Virus record (IMG/VR): IMGVR_UViG_3300012953_000226
Coordinates: 1 to 24,001 of that record
Length of the DNA stretch: 24,001 nt
Source: a virus
Lineage: Duplodnaviria; Caudoviricetes
Direction: 5' to 3' (one strand)
The notes below the pieces were generated by a model, which was not told the DNA's origin, ran no database searches, and saw only the letters and a program-made list of their open reading frames with translations. The stretch's first letter is position 1, and the number at the start of each line of letters is the position of its first letter. Below are positions 1-7,321 of the stretch, one piece after another. The translations under genes and the position numbers were made by a program.

Positions 1-75
1 CCAGTCAAATATTGACCCGTAAACAATAATAAAGGTCATTCCATATGCGGCTAATATAAAATGTAATAAGTCCAC
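1..75 (-). CDS. 5' part of a small hydrophobic membrane protein (partial, runs off the window edge; possibly DUF1360-like)
   Basis: Not in the ORF track. GTG at 75-73 follows an SD-like GAGGT and the frame is open to base 1: MDLLHFILAAYGMTFIIVYGSIFDW. It overlaps the end of 51..410. The family guess is from recollection of similar phage proteins only. Confidence 0.7.
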   Translation of the reverse strand, partial: MDLLHFILAAYGMTFIIVYGSIFDW

Positions 76-410
76 GCATACCTCTTTCTTTCTTTTAGGT
101 AATTCTCGTTCTTGTCGTTGCCATAAGCTTCTAATTCAAATGGGTTCTTGTAATAAGCCTCTGAGCCGCTGCGATACCACACAAGACCATACAGCCAAAA
201 TGCAGCGTAAAGTGCCCATTGCACAACAAACCCTAGCTCCAGTTGCTGCTGAAAGTGAATTGTTTCGTGGCGCTCAGTCTCTTCGTCCATTTCACCTCGG
301 CACCAAACCCACCATCCAAAGCTAATAGCCCAGATGTTGATTGGGGAAACATAAGAAAGCCACACAGGTACTTTGCTGTTGTTTATAAAAAAAGGTTTCC
401 AATGTTTCAT
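51..410 (-). CDS. Small zincin-like HExxH metallopeptidase-family protein with a hydrophobic segment
   Basis: HETIH motif followed by a hydrophobic stretch (FVVQWALYAAFWLYGLVW) and NPFELEAY, which supplies a candidate third Zn ligand. TAATG overlap with the upstream gene at 410. Confidence 0.7.
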   Translation of the reverse strand: MKHWKPFFINNSKVPVWLSYVSPINIWAISFGWWVWCRGEMDEETERHETIHFQQQLELGFVVQWALYAAFWLYGLVWYRSGSEAYYKNPFELEAYGNDKNENYLKERKRYAWTYYILY

Positions 411-1027
411 TAGTATGTATATCTTCCGTAGTGATATGGAGAGAACATGCCATGCTTCTTGATAGAGCCCTTCTCCTCGCCGTGTGGTACTTCACCAAGC
501 TCTGTGGAGTTCTCAGCTTCGGGTGTGGTGAATGCATCATCAAACATATCGTCATGAGCCTCCAGTGCTTCCATAGCTGGTCGTTCTGAATCCATCCACT
601 GGCTAATTTGATAAAGAGACATCTTGATAGCGTCTAGTTCTTTTGATTCATGAATTTTTCCTTCAAGTGATCCGTATACATTTCCACCCTGAATAGAATC
701 ATATTCGATGATCCCAGCTTTTCTAAGGTGTTCCATAAGTCTAGATTCAGCACCATATACAACCTCTGACATTAAGTCCTTGGCGAATGCAACAACTTTT
801 TTCTCTGCGTCCATGACAACAATGTCAATATCTTTGTGATCAAAAATCATAATATCTCCGTTCAATGCACGCCGTGCTTGGACATTAAAAATAACTTTTT
901 CTACATTTGGATCAACCACTTCAATTCTAATCAAATTAGGATCTTCTGGAGGGTTGACACTAACTGTGATATTGCTCGGTTCAGGTGCTGCTACAGCAGC
1001 GGGAGCAACAACATTAATCTTGGGCAT
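410..1027 (-). CDS. Hypothetical protein (head-module neighbourhood), Pro/Ala-rich N-terminus, acidic
   Basis: 205-aa ORF with a strong SD (GGAGGTG, 1041-1035), co-oriented and overlapping both neighbours. Confidence 0.75.
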   Translation of the reverse strand: MPKINVVAPAAVAAPEPSNITVSVNPPEDPNLIRIEVVDPNVEKVIFNVQARRALNGDIMIFDHKDIDIVVMDAEKKVVAFAKDLMSEVVYGAESRLMEHLRKAGIIEYDSIQGGNVYGSLEGKIHESKELDAIKMSLYQISQWMDSERPAMEALEAHDDMFDDAFTTPEAENSTELGEVPHGEEKGSIKKHGMFSPYHYGRYTY

Positions 1028-1835
1028 TTCTAGTCACCTCCGACAGTAAGTCCTGAATATAAAAGGTGTCTTTTACCATAGTTTCGTCTATTTTTCTACT
1101 AGAAAAACCATCTAACTTGTCAAGAATTTTATTAAATTTTTGATTGTAATCGTCAGAAAACGTGGAATTTACTAGTAAAGTATTTATTTTTTGCTTTAAT
1201 CTACCGACCTCTTCGTTCATGTACACCTTTAAGGACAAACCATTGTCTGAAAAAGAGGTAATATAATTGGTCAACAGAAGCCTTTGTTCATCTCTCAGAG
1301 AGTGTTTGTACGACTCATTAAACTTCTCTACGAACGTATTGTAGGTCAAGTTATCAATGTGTTTTAAATCTTTAGTTACGGCAGTCTCAGTAGAAACCAA
1401 TTGCATCATCCTATCTTCTGAGATGATTCTTGATTTAGCTTTTAACTTACCGGACTGAAAGTACGAACCAACTGTGGCAATGTCACGGTAGTTATCAACA
1501 AAACAAGAAAAAACTTTTGGATCTAAGTGCTCATTGATTTGTTTAATGAGGCTGGTTTGTTCGTTAAATATAACCTTGCGATCAAGGTCCTCCCAGTCCT
1601 TCTTTACTTCGGAGATAAATCTTTTCGCCTTTGCAGAATCTTGACATTTGGTCTCCATCAACTGCTTGTACAGTTCTAGGTCTTGTCCTAAAATAGAACT
1701 ATTGTTAAAGTTCTCTTTAATGATGGACAGCACCTTGGCTTTCTTACTTTCATCTTTACGAACAATGGATTTTGTCAATTCCTTGATTAAACATTCGTAA
1801 AGAAAAGCGGTATTTCTTTTCTTATTATGCTTCAT
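1014..1835 (-). CDS. Hypothetical protein immediately downstream of the portal; possible prohead core/scaffold-associated protein
   Basis: Start moved from 1865 to ATG 1835 (MKHNKKRNTAFLYE), which has an AAGGA SD and an 11-nt overlap with the portal stop. The sequence is helical and charged. Function is inferred only from position (T4 gp67/gp68 follow gp20). Confidence 0.7.
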   Translation of the reverse strand: MKHNKKRNTAFLYECLIKELTKSIVRKDESKKAKVLSIIKENFNNSSILGQDLELYKQLMETKCQDSAKAKRFISEVKKDWEDLDRKVIFNEQTSLIKQINEHLDPKVFSCFVDNYRDIATVGSYFQSGKLKAKSRIISEDRMMQLVSTETAVTKDLKHIDNLTYNTFVEKFNESYKHSLRDEQRLLLTNYITSFSDNGLSLKVYMNEEVGRLKQKINTLLVNSTFSDDYNQKFNKILDKLDGFSSRKIDETMVKDTFYIQDLLSEVTRNAQD

Positions 1836-3822
1836 GTTTATCTTCCTTATTAAATAATGAGCCAATTAAAATATCGACTTCAGCGTTTGCATTAAATAGT
1901 TTCTGTTCTTCGAAATCTTCAAATGAGTTCGATTCTTCAAGTTTTCCATAGGAAAGCGGATCGATCTTAGGCGAGTATGTGCCCGCTAGAGCCATTGCTG
2001 GATTGCGGCTTCTCGAGTTTTGACCATAGTCTCCAACCTTCTTGTGGAATTGTGAATGGCGCTTTTTCCTTGCCGGGCTCCCTGCACCTTTCTTCATGTC
2101 GTATGAGCCTCTTGTATAAGAAGGGGTGGCGTCGTCATCTCTTTTAGCAGGTGGAGTCGCGAGAAGTACTTGGTCATCACCTCCTTGGTCGCCCCCAGCG
2201 GCTTTATCGCCACCAGTCGGCGTCTCGCCCTCCTTGCCGGGAGCGTCGTCGCCACCCAAATCTAAACCACCAGCGTCACCCTCGTCGGCTCCAAGGTCTG
2301 CAAGACCTCCAGCCAGCCCGCCGCCTCCATCAGGGCCTTTGGCTCCTTCGCCACCAGCGGCAGCGGCTTCGAGCTTAGCCATGAACTTCTTATCAAAGAA
2401 CATTTCTCTTTGATTACGCAAGTACTCGTCTTCTGACAGGCCAAACAAATGCTCTGCCACCCAGCGTTTACTAAAGAAGCCTTCAGTTGCATTACCGGCA
2501 ACAGAGAATTTTTTATCCCACTGTTCAAGTTCTTGTAATTCTGCGATTTTTGATGGATTGTTTAAAAATAATTTAAAAGATAAAAGATCATCATTTCTGT
2601 ATCCGAGAGTAAACAGGTGAATGATACCAATTTTTTCCAACTCTGAGACAATGACCCTTTGTAATCTCTGGATTGTTCTTGCAAAGCGAATATCTTTTTG
2701 TGCAAGAGTGGTTTTATCTTCTGTTGCGCCCTCTCCCATTGTCAAGTAAGATTGTGGCACCTTAAGAGCAGCAAACAGCTTGTCCCTTAAGTACTTTACA
2801 TCTTCGATAGTGGCAGTCATTGCGCCACCGGGGAGATTGACGATATCTGTGTTAGACGTTCCACGAATAGGAATATAATAATCCTCTTCAATCGAAAGCG
2901 GGTTGTATCTAAGATCAACCTTACCAGTCGTGGGGTCTGTAATTTGATGACGCTTCATTTGCGTCATAACTTTTTGCATGTATTGTTCAACATCTTGTGG
3001 AGCGATTGAGCCAACATCAATTTTGAAAACTCGTCTCTCGGGTGCTCTAACAATACGGTATGCCATCATAGCATCCTCAAGCAAAATAAGTTGCCTATAA
3101 ATGCGTCTAGATGCCTCCAGAACGCTCGTACCGTATGGAGCGTGCTTATCCCCTCCGAGGATCCGAAAGTGCGCCATTTGCCAATTCTCGAGCGTTAAAC
3201 CACCACTGTTCCATTGGTACTGAACGTAGTTAGGGTTGGTGGGGTCTTGGCCCTCTAGTCTTTCGATCTCTTGTGAGGGCAGGCCGATTGCGTTTCTAAT
3301 GCCTTTGTCCTCATCAATATCGAGATACAGGAACAAGTCTCCATACTTACACATCGTCCTACTCCATCCAAATAAGTTATGCTCAATGTTCAATACGTTG
3401 TGGTATAGGTTGTGTAGTACATGTTTAATTTCTTCATTTGGGCATCTAATCTTTAGCATGGGGTTGATGCTTGAGTGAGTTGTCATTTCGTCTGCATAGA
3501 TGTCTAGAGACGATGCAATCTCAGGAACATATTCCATTTCCTCAAAGTCAACATATCTGTCGGTTCTATTGCGGTTTCCAACCATGTTCAACGCAAGATT
3601 GTTCATAGGGTTGTATTCAGCTTTCTTAAACTGTCTGCCGCTAGCTGACTTGAATGACTTAGCATATACATCTAAGTGCCGGCGTCTTAGTTGACGACCG
3701 GTTTGGGTTCTTCTTTGTGTAATCGGACCAGAGAACAACCTTGTCAGTGACTTAAACAAATCTGACTGTGGGTTGTATGGTTGATTAGCGTTATAATATC
3801 TTTTTCTTCTTGGTGGTGCCAT
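1825..3822 (-). CDS. Portal protein, T4 gp20-like, with a long Gly/Ala/Asp-rich C-terminal extension
   Basis: gp20-type motifs: PEIASSLDIYADE, YGTSVLE..RRIYRQLILLEDAMMAYRIVRAPERRVFKIDVG, EDYYIP, IEDVKYLRDKLFAALKVP, DIRFARTIQRLQ. It lies next to the large terminase. Confidence 0.93.
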   Translation of the reverse strand: MAPPRRKRYYNANQPYNPQSDLFKSLTRLFSGPITQRRTQTGRQLRRRHLDVYAKSFKSASGRQFKKAEYNPMNNLALNMVGNRNRTDRYVDFEEMEYVPEIASSLDIYADEMTTHSSINPMLKIRCPNEEIKHVLHNLYHNVLNIEHNLFGWSRTMCKYGDLFLYLDIDEDKGIRNAIGLPSQEIERLEGQDPTNPNYVQYQWNSGGLTLENWQMAHFRILGGDKHAPYGTSVLEASRRIYRQLILLEDAMMAYRIVRAPERRVFKIDVGSIAPQDVEQYMQKVMTQMKRHQITDPTTGKVDLRYNPLSIEEDYYIPIRGTSNTDIVNLPGGAMTATIEDVKYLRDKLFAALKVPQSYLTMGEGATEDKTTLAQKDIRFARTIQRLQRVIVSELEKIGIIHLFTLGYRNDDLLSFKLFLNNPSKIAELQELEQWDKKFSVAGNATEGFFSKRWVAEHLFGLSEDEYLRNQREMFFDKKFMAKLEAAAAGGEGAKGPDGGGGLAGGLADLGADEGDAGGLDLGGDDAPGKEGETPTGGDKAAGGDQGGDDQVLLATPPAKRDDDATPSYTRGSYDMKKGAGSPARKKRHSQFHKKVGDYGQNSRSRNPAMALAGTYSPKIDPLSYGKLEESNSFEDFEEQKLFNANAEVDILIGSLFNKEDKHEA

Positions 3823-3827
3823 TTGAT

Positions 3828-5417
3828 CTATCCTTTAAAAATCCACATATGGGGTTCTAATTTACTCTTTTCTTCTTCCAATCTTTCTTTGTAGCTTGTT
3901 TTTTCTTTGTATTCATTCATACCCTTTATACTTGTATTTAGTTTCTTTGTAGAGCAATACATGGAATTTAACATAGCTTTTTGGTATTCTACTTGCTTCT
4001 CGTTCACTTCTAGTGCTGTATCTCTTACCCAGCATGCAATAGCTAAGGACATAATAAGGTCATCGTTGTAAGAGCGCATTGCTTGAGGTTTGCCATTTTT
4101 CCAAATAAATGTTTTCATTTCATGGAACAAGCGAGAAGAATGCAATGTGACAACTTTGTTTCTTATGTACTCTTCCAGCTTTGCGACAATCAGGGGCCTA
4201 GTCTTGGTAGAGGTAGTAAAGCCGGGGATTGCCCTATCGTTAACTTCTCCTTGGTTTGCTTCAATGAATTCGTGACTAGATTTCATTGAGTAATAAAGAT
4301 TGGGATATCCAAGATTAATTAGTTTTTCCAAGACGGAAATGCCTATTCCATTGTTCTCTACAACTAAGAGGCATTTTCCATACTCTATACCAGCATCATA
4401 CAGTATTTTTGCAAACATGTCAAGTGTTGGTTTGCCCTGATATTCGGCAACAACTTCCATTGTTGAAAGTTTAATAACATGAAACACAGAAGAATCAGTG
4501 CCATCACCTCGGGCGACATCACCAACCAGCAAGTATTGTTCTCCTTCAATATGCTTTTCCCATATCCAGAAGTTTCTATCCCAGCCTGTTCTATATTGTG
4601 GTTCTAGTATATTCTCGTTAACCCACCCAATGTCATCGGGATGAATAACGGTATCCCCAGAAGTATTAAAGTTACACTGCAACTCTTGTGCAATTTGTCT
4701 CTGAGACATGTTCTTGGTTTCTTTTTCAAACCAAGCCTGATCCCTTTCTGGGTGTGCATCCCAAGGTAAGTTGGAAGTCTTGAATTCGTTGTCACCTTCA
4801 AGGGCACCAATGTATGTTTTGTGGAACCAGTTTCCAACGCCGTTAGGGGTGCTCAGAGCGATACAGCGACCTCCTGTTGACAGAGTGGGGTAGAGACCCG
4901 TCCAAAGCTCATCAAGGCCGTCAATGTGCGCTGCCTCGTCGATAACAAGCAGTGACAATGCCTCCGAACGACCGGCATCACCTGACGTTGAAGCAGCCTT
5001 GATTGTTGATCCGTTTGATAACTCGAAAGATGTTCTATTGTCCACACTAACTGTTGAGACCTTCATCCAATCTGGAAGGTTCTTCATGATGCTTTTTACT
5101 TTCTTTACAAGGTTGCCAGCAGTGCTGAACTTGGTAGCAATAACAAGAATGTTCTTCTCTTTGTGAAAGAGCATGAACCAAACACAATAAGCAGCAGAGA
5201 TCGTTGAGATCCCAAGCTGCCTTGCTTTCAGAATAACATTAAAGCGGTAATCGTTAAAATCTTCTAACAGATCATCCTGATACGGGTAAGTGTTAAAGGT
5301 TATCAGCCCCTTCATTGGATGAGATATCCGACAATAATTATTTATAAAGTACACCGGGTCTTTTCCAGACCGCACGATTTCTGTTACTATCTCTTTCTTC
5401 GATAATTGATACGCCAT
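3828..5417 (-). CDS. terL: Terminase large subunit, T4 gp17-like
   Basis: N-terminal DPVYFINNY and YPYQ (adenine binding), Walker A variant KARQLGIST, Walker B LLVIDEAA, motif C LSTPNG, QELQCNF, and RNase H-like nuclease residues VGDVARG, VVENN and NDDLIMS. Confidence 0.95.
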   Translation of the reverse strand: MAYQLSKKEIVTEIVRSGKDPVYFINNYCRISHPMKGLITFNTYPYQDDLLEDFNDYRFNVILKARQLGISTISAAYCVWFMLFHKEKNILVIATKFSTAGNLVKKVKSIMKNLPDWMKVSTVSVDNRTSFELSNGSTIKAASTSGDAGRSEALSLLVIDEAAHIDGLDELWTGLYPTLSTGGRCIALSTPNGVGNWFHKTYIGALEGDNEFKTSNLPWDAHPERDQAWFEKETKNMSQRQIAQELQCNFNTSGDTVIHPDDIGWVNENILEPQYRTGWDRNFWIWEKHIEGEQYLLVGDVARGDGTDSSVFHVIKLSTMEVVAEYQGKPTLDMFAKILYDAGIEYGKCLLVVENNGIGISVLEKLINLGYPNLYYSMKSSHEFIEANQGEVNDRAIPGFTTSTKTRPLIVAKLEEYIRNKVVTLHSSRLFHEMKTFIWKNGKPQAMRSYNDDLIMSLAIACWVRDTALEVNEKQVEYQKAMLNSMYCSTKKLNTSIKGMNEYKEKTSYKERLEEEKSKLEPHMWIFKG

Positions 5418-5423
5418 GCCATC

Positions 5424-5945
5424 CTATTTGATTAAGCCCTTAGAGCGACCAATCCATTCTTTAATAACGTTATCTTCTTTCTTTTCGGATGGTGCAAGAA
5501 TTGGGTCCATTTCTAAGCCACTTACCTTAAAGTGCTGTTTGGCTTGTACGAAGCTGCGAACACGGGAGGCACTTTGAACCATCACGTCTACTTCGCCTTG
5601 TTTCTTCAGAGACACAGATTTTTTAGTAACCTTTTTATATTCTTTTTGGAGGAAGTTTTTGATGTCATTAATAGTGGCTTCCATTTCTTGCTCAAAACCA
5701 CCAGCATAAACCTCTTTAAGCTTAATGTCTGATTGGTAAGAGATACACATTGTATCACCGGAGAAGTTAACCTTAAAGCCATCAATGACACGGCTATCCA
5801 TAATTGCACAACCTTCTTCTCTTCGAAGGCCTACTTTTCTTTCTTCACCATCGTGAGAAAATCTTTTATCGTGTGCGCCATCGTAAGCGTTGGCGGCGGC
5901 TTGTGCAAGTCCTTGCACGATTTCTAACATGTTCGAACTACTCAT
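5424..5945 (-). CDS. Hypothetical protein directly upstream of terL
   Basis: 173-aa ORF with an ATGA overlap with the upstream gene (5942-5945) and a 6-nt gap to terL. No recognisable motif. Confidence 0.75.
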   Translation of the reverse strand: MSSSNMLEIVQGLAQAAANAYDGAHDKRFSHDGEERKVGLRREEGCAIMDSRVIDGFKVNFSGDTMCISYQSDIKLKEVYAGGFEQEMEATINDIKNFLQKEYKKVTKKSVSLKKQGEVDVMVQSASRVRSFVQAKQHFKVSGLEMDPILAPSEKKEDNVIKEWIGRSKGLIK

Positions 5946-6319
5946 TTATTTGGTCTCCATCCTGTTCTCCATCTGTCTACGCGATCTTCAACCCATTGTA
6001 TGTAGCACTTCTCGCAGCATTGAAATTTTGTCATGTAGACATCATCACGATAACTAAATGAGTATGTGTTGCAAACAGGGCAAGAACGTTTAGATTCTCT
6101 ACTAAATAGTTTTTTATCCATTAAAACGCCATCCACATCGACTTTATCTTCAGAGTCTGTAGATTGGCGTTTTTCATAAAGAACCTTGAGATCTTCAACG
6201 TACTGCGCTTCTTTCTCATCATTCCAGTTTTTTTTAGGATTTTGTACTGCCTCTTCGCCATACTTCTCTGCTATGGCTTTCTCTAATTTAACAACATAGT
6301 TAGCGTCTTTTTTACTCAT
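5942..6319 (-). CDS. Hypothetical Zn-binding protein (CPVC...CEKC)
   Basis: Strong SD GGAGGA. Two CxxC pairs in the C-terminal half and a Trp/Arg-rich tail (WVEDRVDRWRTGWRP). Confidence 0.8.
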   Translation of the reverse strand: MSKKDANYVVKLEKAIAEKYGEEAVQNPKKNWNDEKEAQYVEDLKVLYEKRQSTDSEDKVDVDGVLMDKKLFSRESKRSCPVCNTYSFSYRDDVYMTKFQCCEKCYIQWVEDRVDRWRTGWRPNK

Positions 6320-6336
6320 CTATCCTCCGACTGTGT

Positions 6337-6732
6337 TTAGTTAACCGCTTGTGCGATGGCGATGGTGGAGCCAGTGCCTATAACAAAACCAGTTGCGAGC
6401 CATACTCCCCAGTGGATAGGCTTCTTGGCTTTCTCTAATTTTTGGATTCTTTCTTTTTGATTGGCCAGCGTAGCTTCTAGATTATCAATGTGGAACTGGT
6501 ATTCAGATGCCTGAAGTTCAAACTCTTGTTGCTTCTTGGCTTCCATAAGACCCACTTGGTAATCAATCTCAACAGGACAAGCAATACCAACTTTAGCAGC
6601 ATCACTTAAAAGGTTCAGAGCATCGTAGTCCAATAGATACCCAGCAAATGGTGCTGGTTCGTTTAGTTGAAGCTCTGTGTAAACTGGCTCTTCGGCCACA
6701 GCTACTGACATTAATAGTAATAACATTTTCAT
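6337..6732 (-). CDS. Exported/membrane protein: N-terminal signal peptide, coiled coil, C-terminal TM helix (spanin-like architecture)
   Basis: MKMLLLLMSVAVA|EE resembles an SPase I signal. Heptad-like region IDNLEATLANQKERIQKLEKAK and C-terminal hydrophobic helix WGVWLATGFVIGTGSTIAIA. ATGA overlap at 6729-6732. Confidence 0.7.
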   Translation of the reverse strand: MKMLLLLMSVAVAEEPVYTELQLNEPAPFAGYLLDYDALNLLSDAAKVGIACPVEIDYQVGLMEAKKQQEFELQASEYQFHIDNLEATLANQKERIQKLEKAKKPIHWGVWLATGFVIGTGSTIAIAQAVN

Positions 6733-7076
6733 AATTTTTTAATTCCCAAGTCCTCTAGTACATCTTCTGATGACATGTCGTCTACCTTAGATGTTTCCTT
6801 GTCTCTCTTTTCTTTTAAAGCCTCAGTCTTTTTGTGATAAGCTTTAACTGTCTTTTCATTGCGCTCTGTCTTTTTAGCTGCATTTGATTCGATTGCTTCT
6901 TTATCTTTTAGGTACTGATCCCGTGCTGCTTGTGCAGCAATAAGAAGGTTTTTACCTTGACCACGACCCATGCAATACAGCACAAGCCCAGCAGTACCTA
7001 ATGCAATCCACTTCCAGTGTGCTTTGCACCAAGCCCATATCTTTTTGGCATCTACTACCAACTTCAAAAGGGTCAT
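6729..7076 (-). CDS. Membrane-anchored coiled-coil protein (i-spanin/Rz-like architecture)
   Basis: Start moved from 7148 to ATG 7076 (GGAG SD, ATGA overlap with the holin-like stop). One N-terminal TM (WKWIALGTAGLVLYCM) is followed by a highly charged helical domain. Confidence 0.65.
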   Translation of the reverse strand: MTLLKLVVDAKKIWAWCKAHWKWIALGTAGLVLYCMGRGQGKNLLIAAQAARDQYLKDKEAIESNAAKKTERNEKTVKAYHKKTEALKEKRDKETSKVDDMSSEDVLEDLGIKKL

Positions 7077-7321
7077 CCGTGTCTCCACGCCTTTGCGAAG
7101 TCTACAACCGTTTGGCCACCGATATAACACATGGCAATCATTCCCCACGTTTCAGGGTCAAGAGCAGTCCATGCCATAAGCACAGTAGCCGTAATAAACA
7201 CCAATAGCTTTCTGGAGACCATCTTTTCTTGAATCGCATCGAGCACTCCCTTACGGGGATCATCAAGATGCAGAGCCTCTTTTATATCTTCAATAATATC
7301 TTGTTTTTCATCGTCACTCAT
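7073..7321 (-). CDS. Holin-like small membrane protein (two hydrophobic helices)
   Basis: 82 aa. SRK precedes TM1 (LLVFITATVLMAW), then TM2 (WGMIAMCYIGGQTVVD) and a basic C-terminus, a layout typical of small phage holins. ATGA overlaps on both sides. Confidence 0.6.
   Translation of the reverse strand: MSDDEKQDIIEDIKEALHLDDPRKGVLDAIQEKMVSRKLLVFITATVLMAWTALDPETWGMIAMCYIGGQTVVDFAKAWRHG

Noticed and set aside
4-16. Small inverted repeat GTCAA-ATA-TTGAC
   Set aside because: A 5-bp stem inside a coding frame with no U-tract; expected by chance.
1825-5417. Introns or inteins in the terminase or portal
   Set aside because: Both frames are continuous with normal motif spacing. I saw no intein splice motifs (C...HN-C/S/T) or homing-endonuclease motifs.
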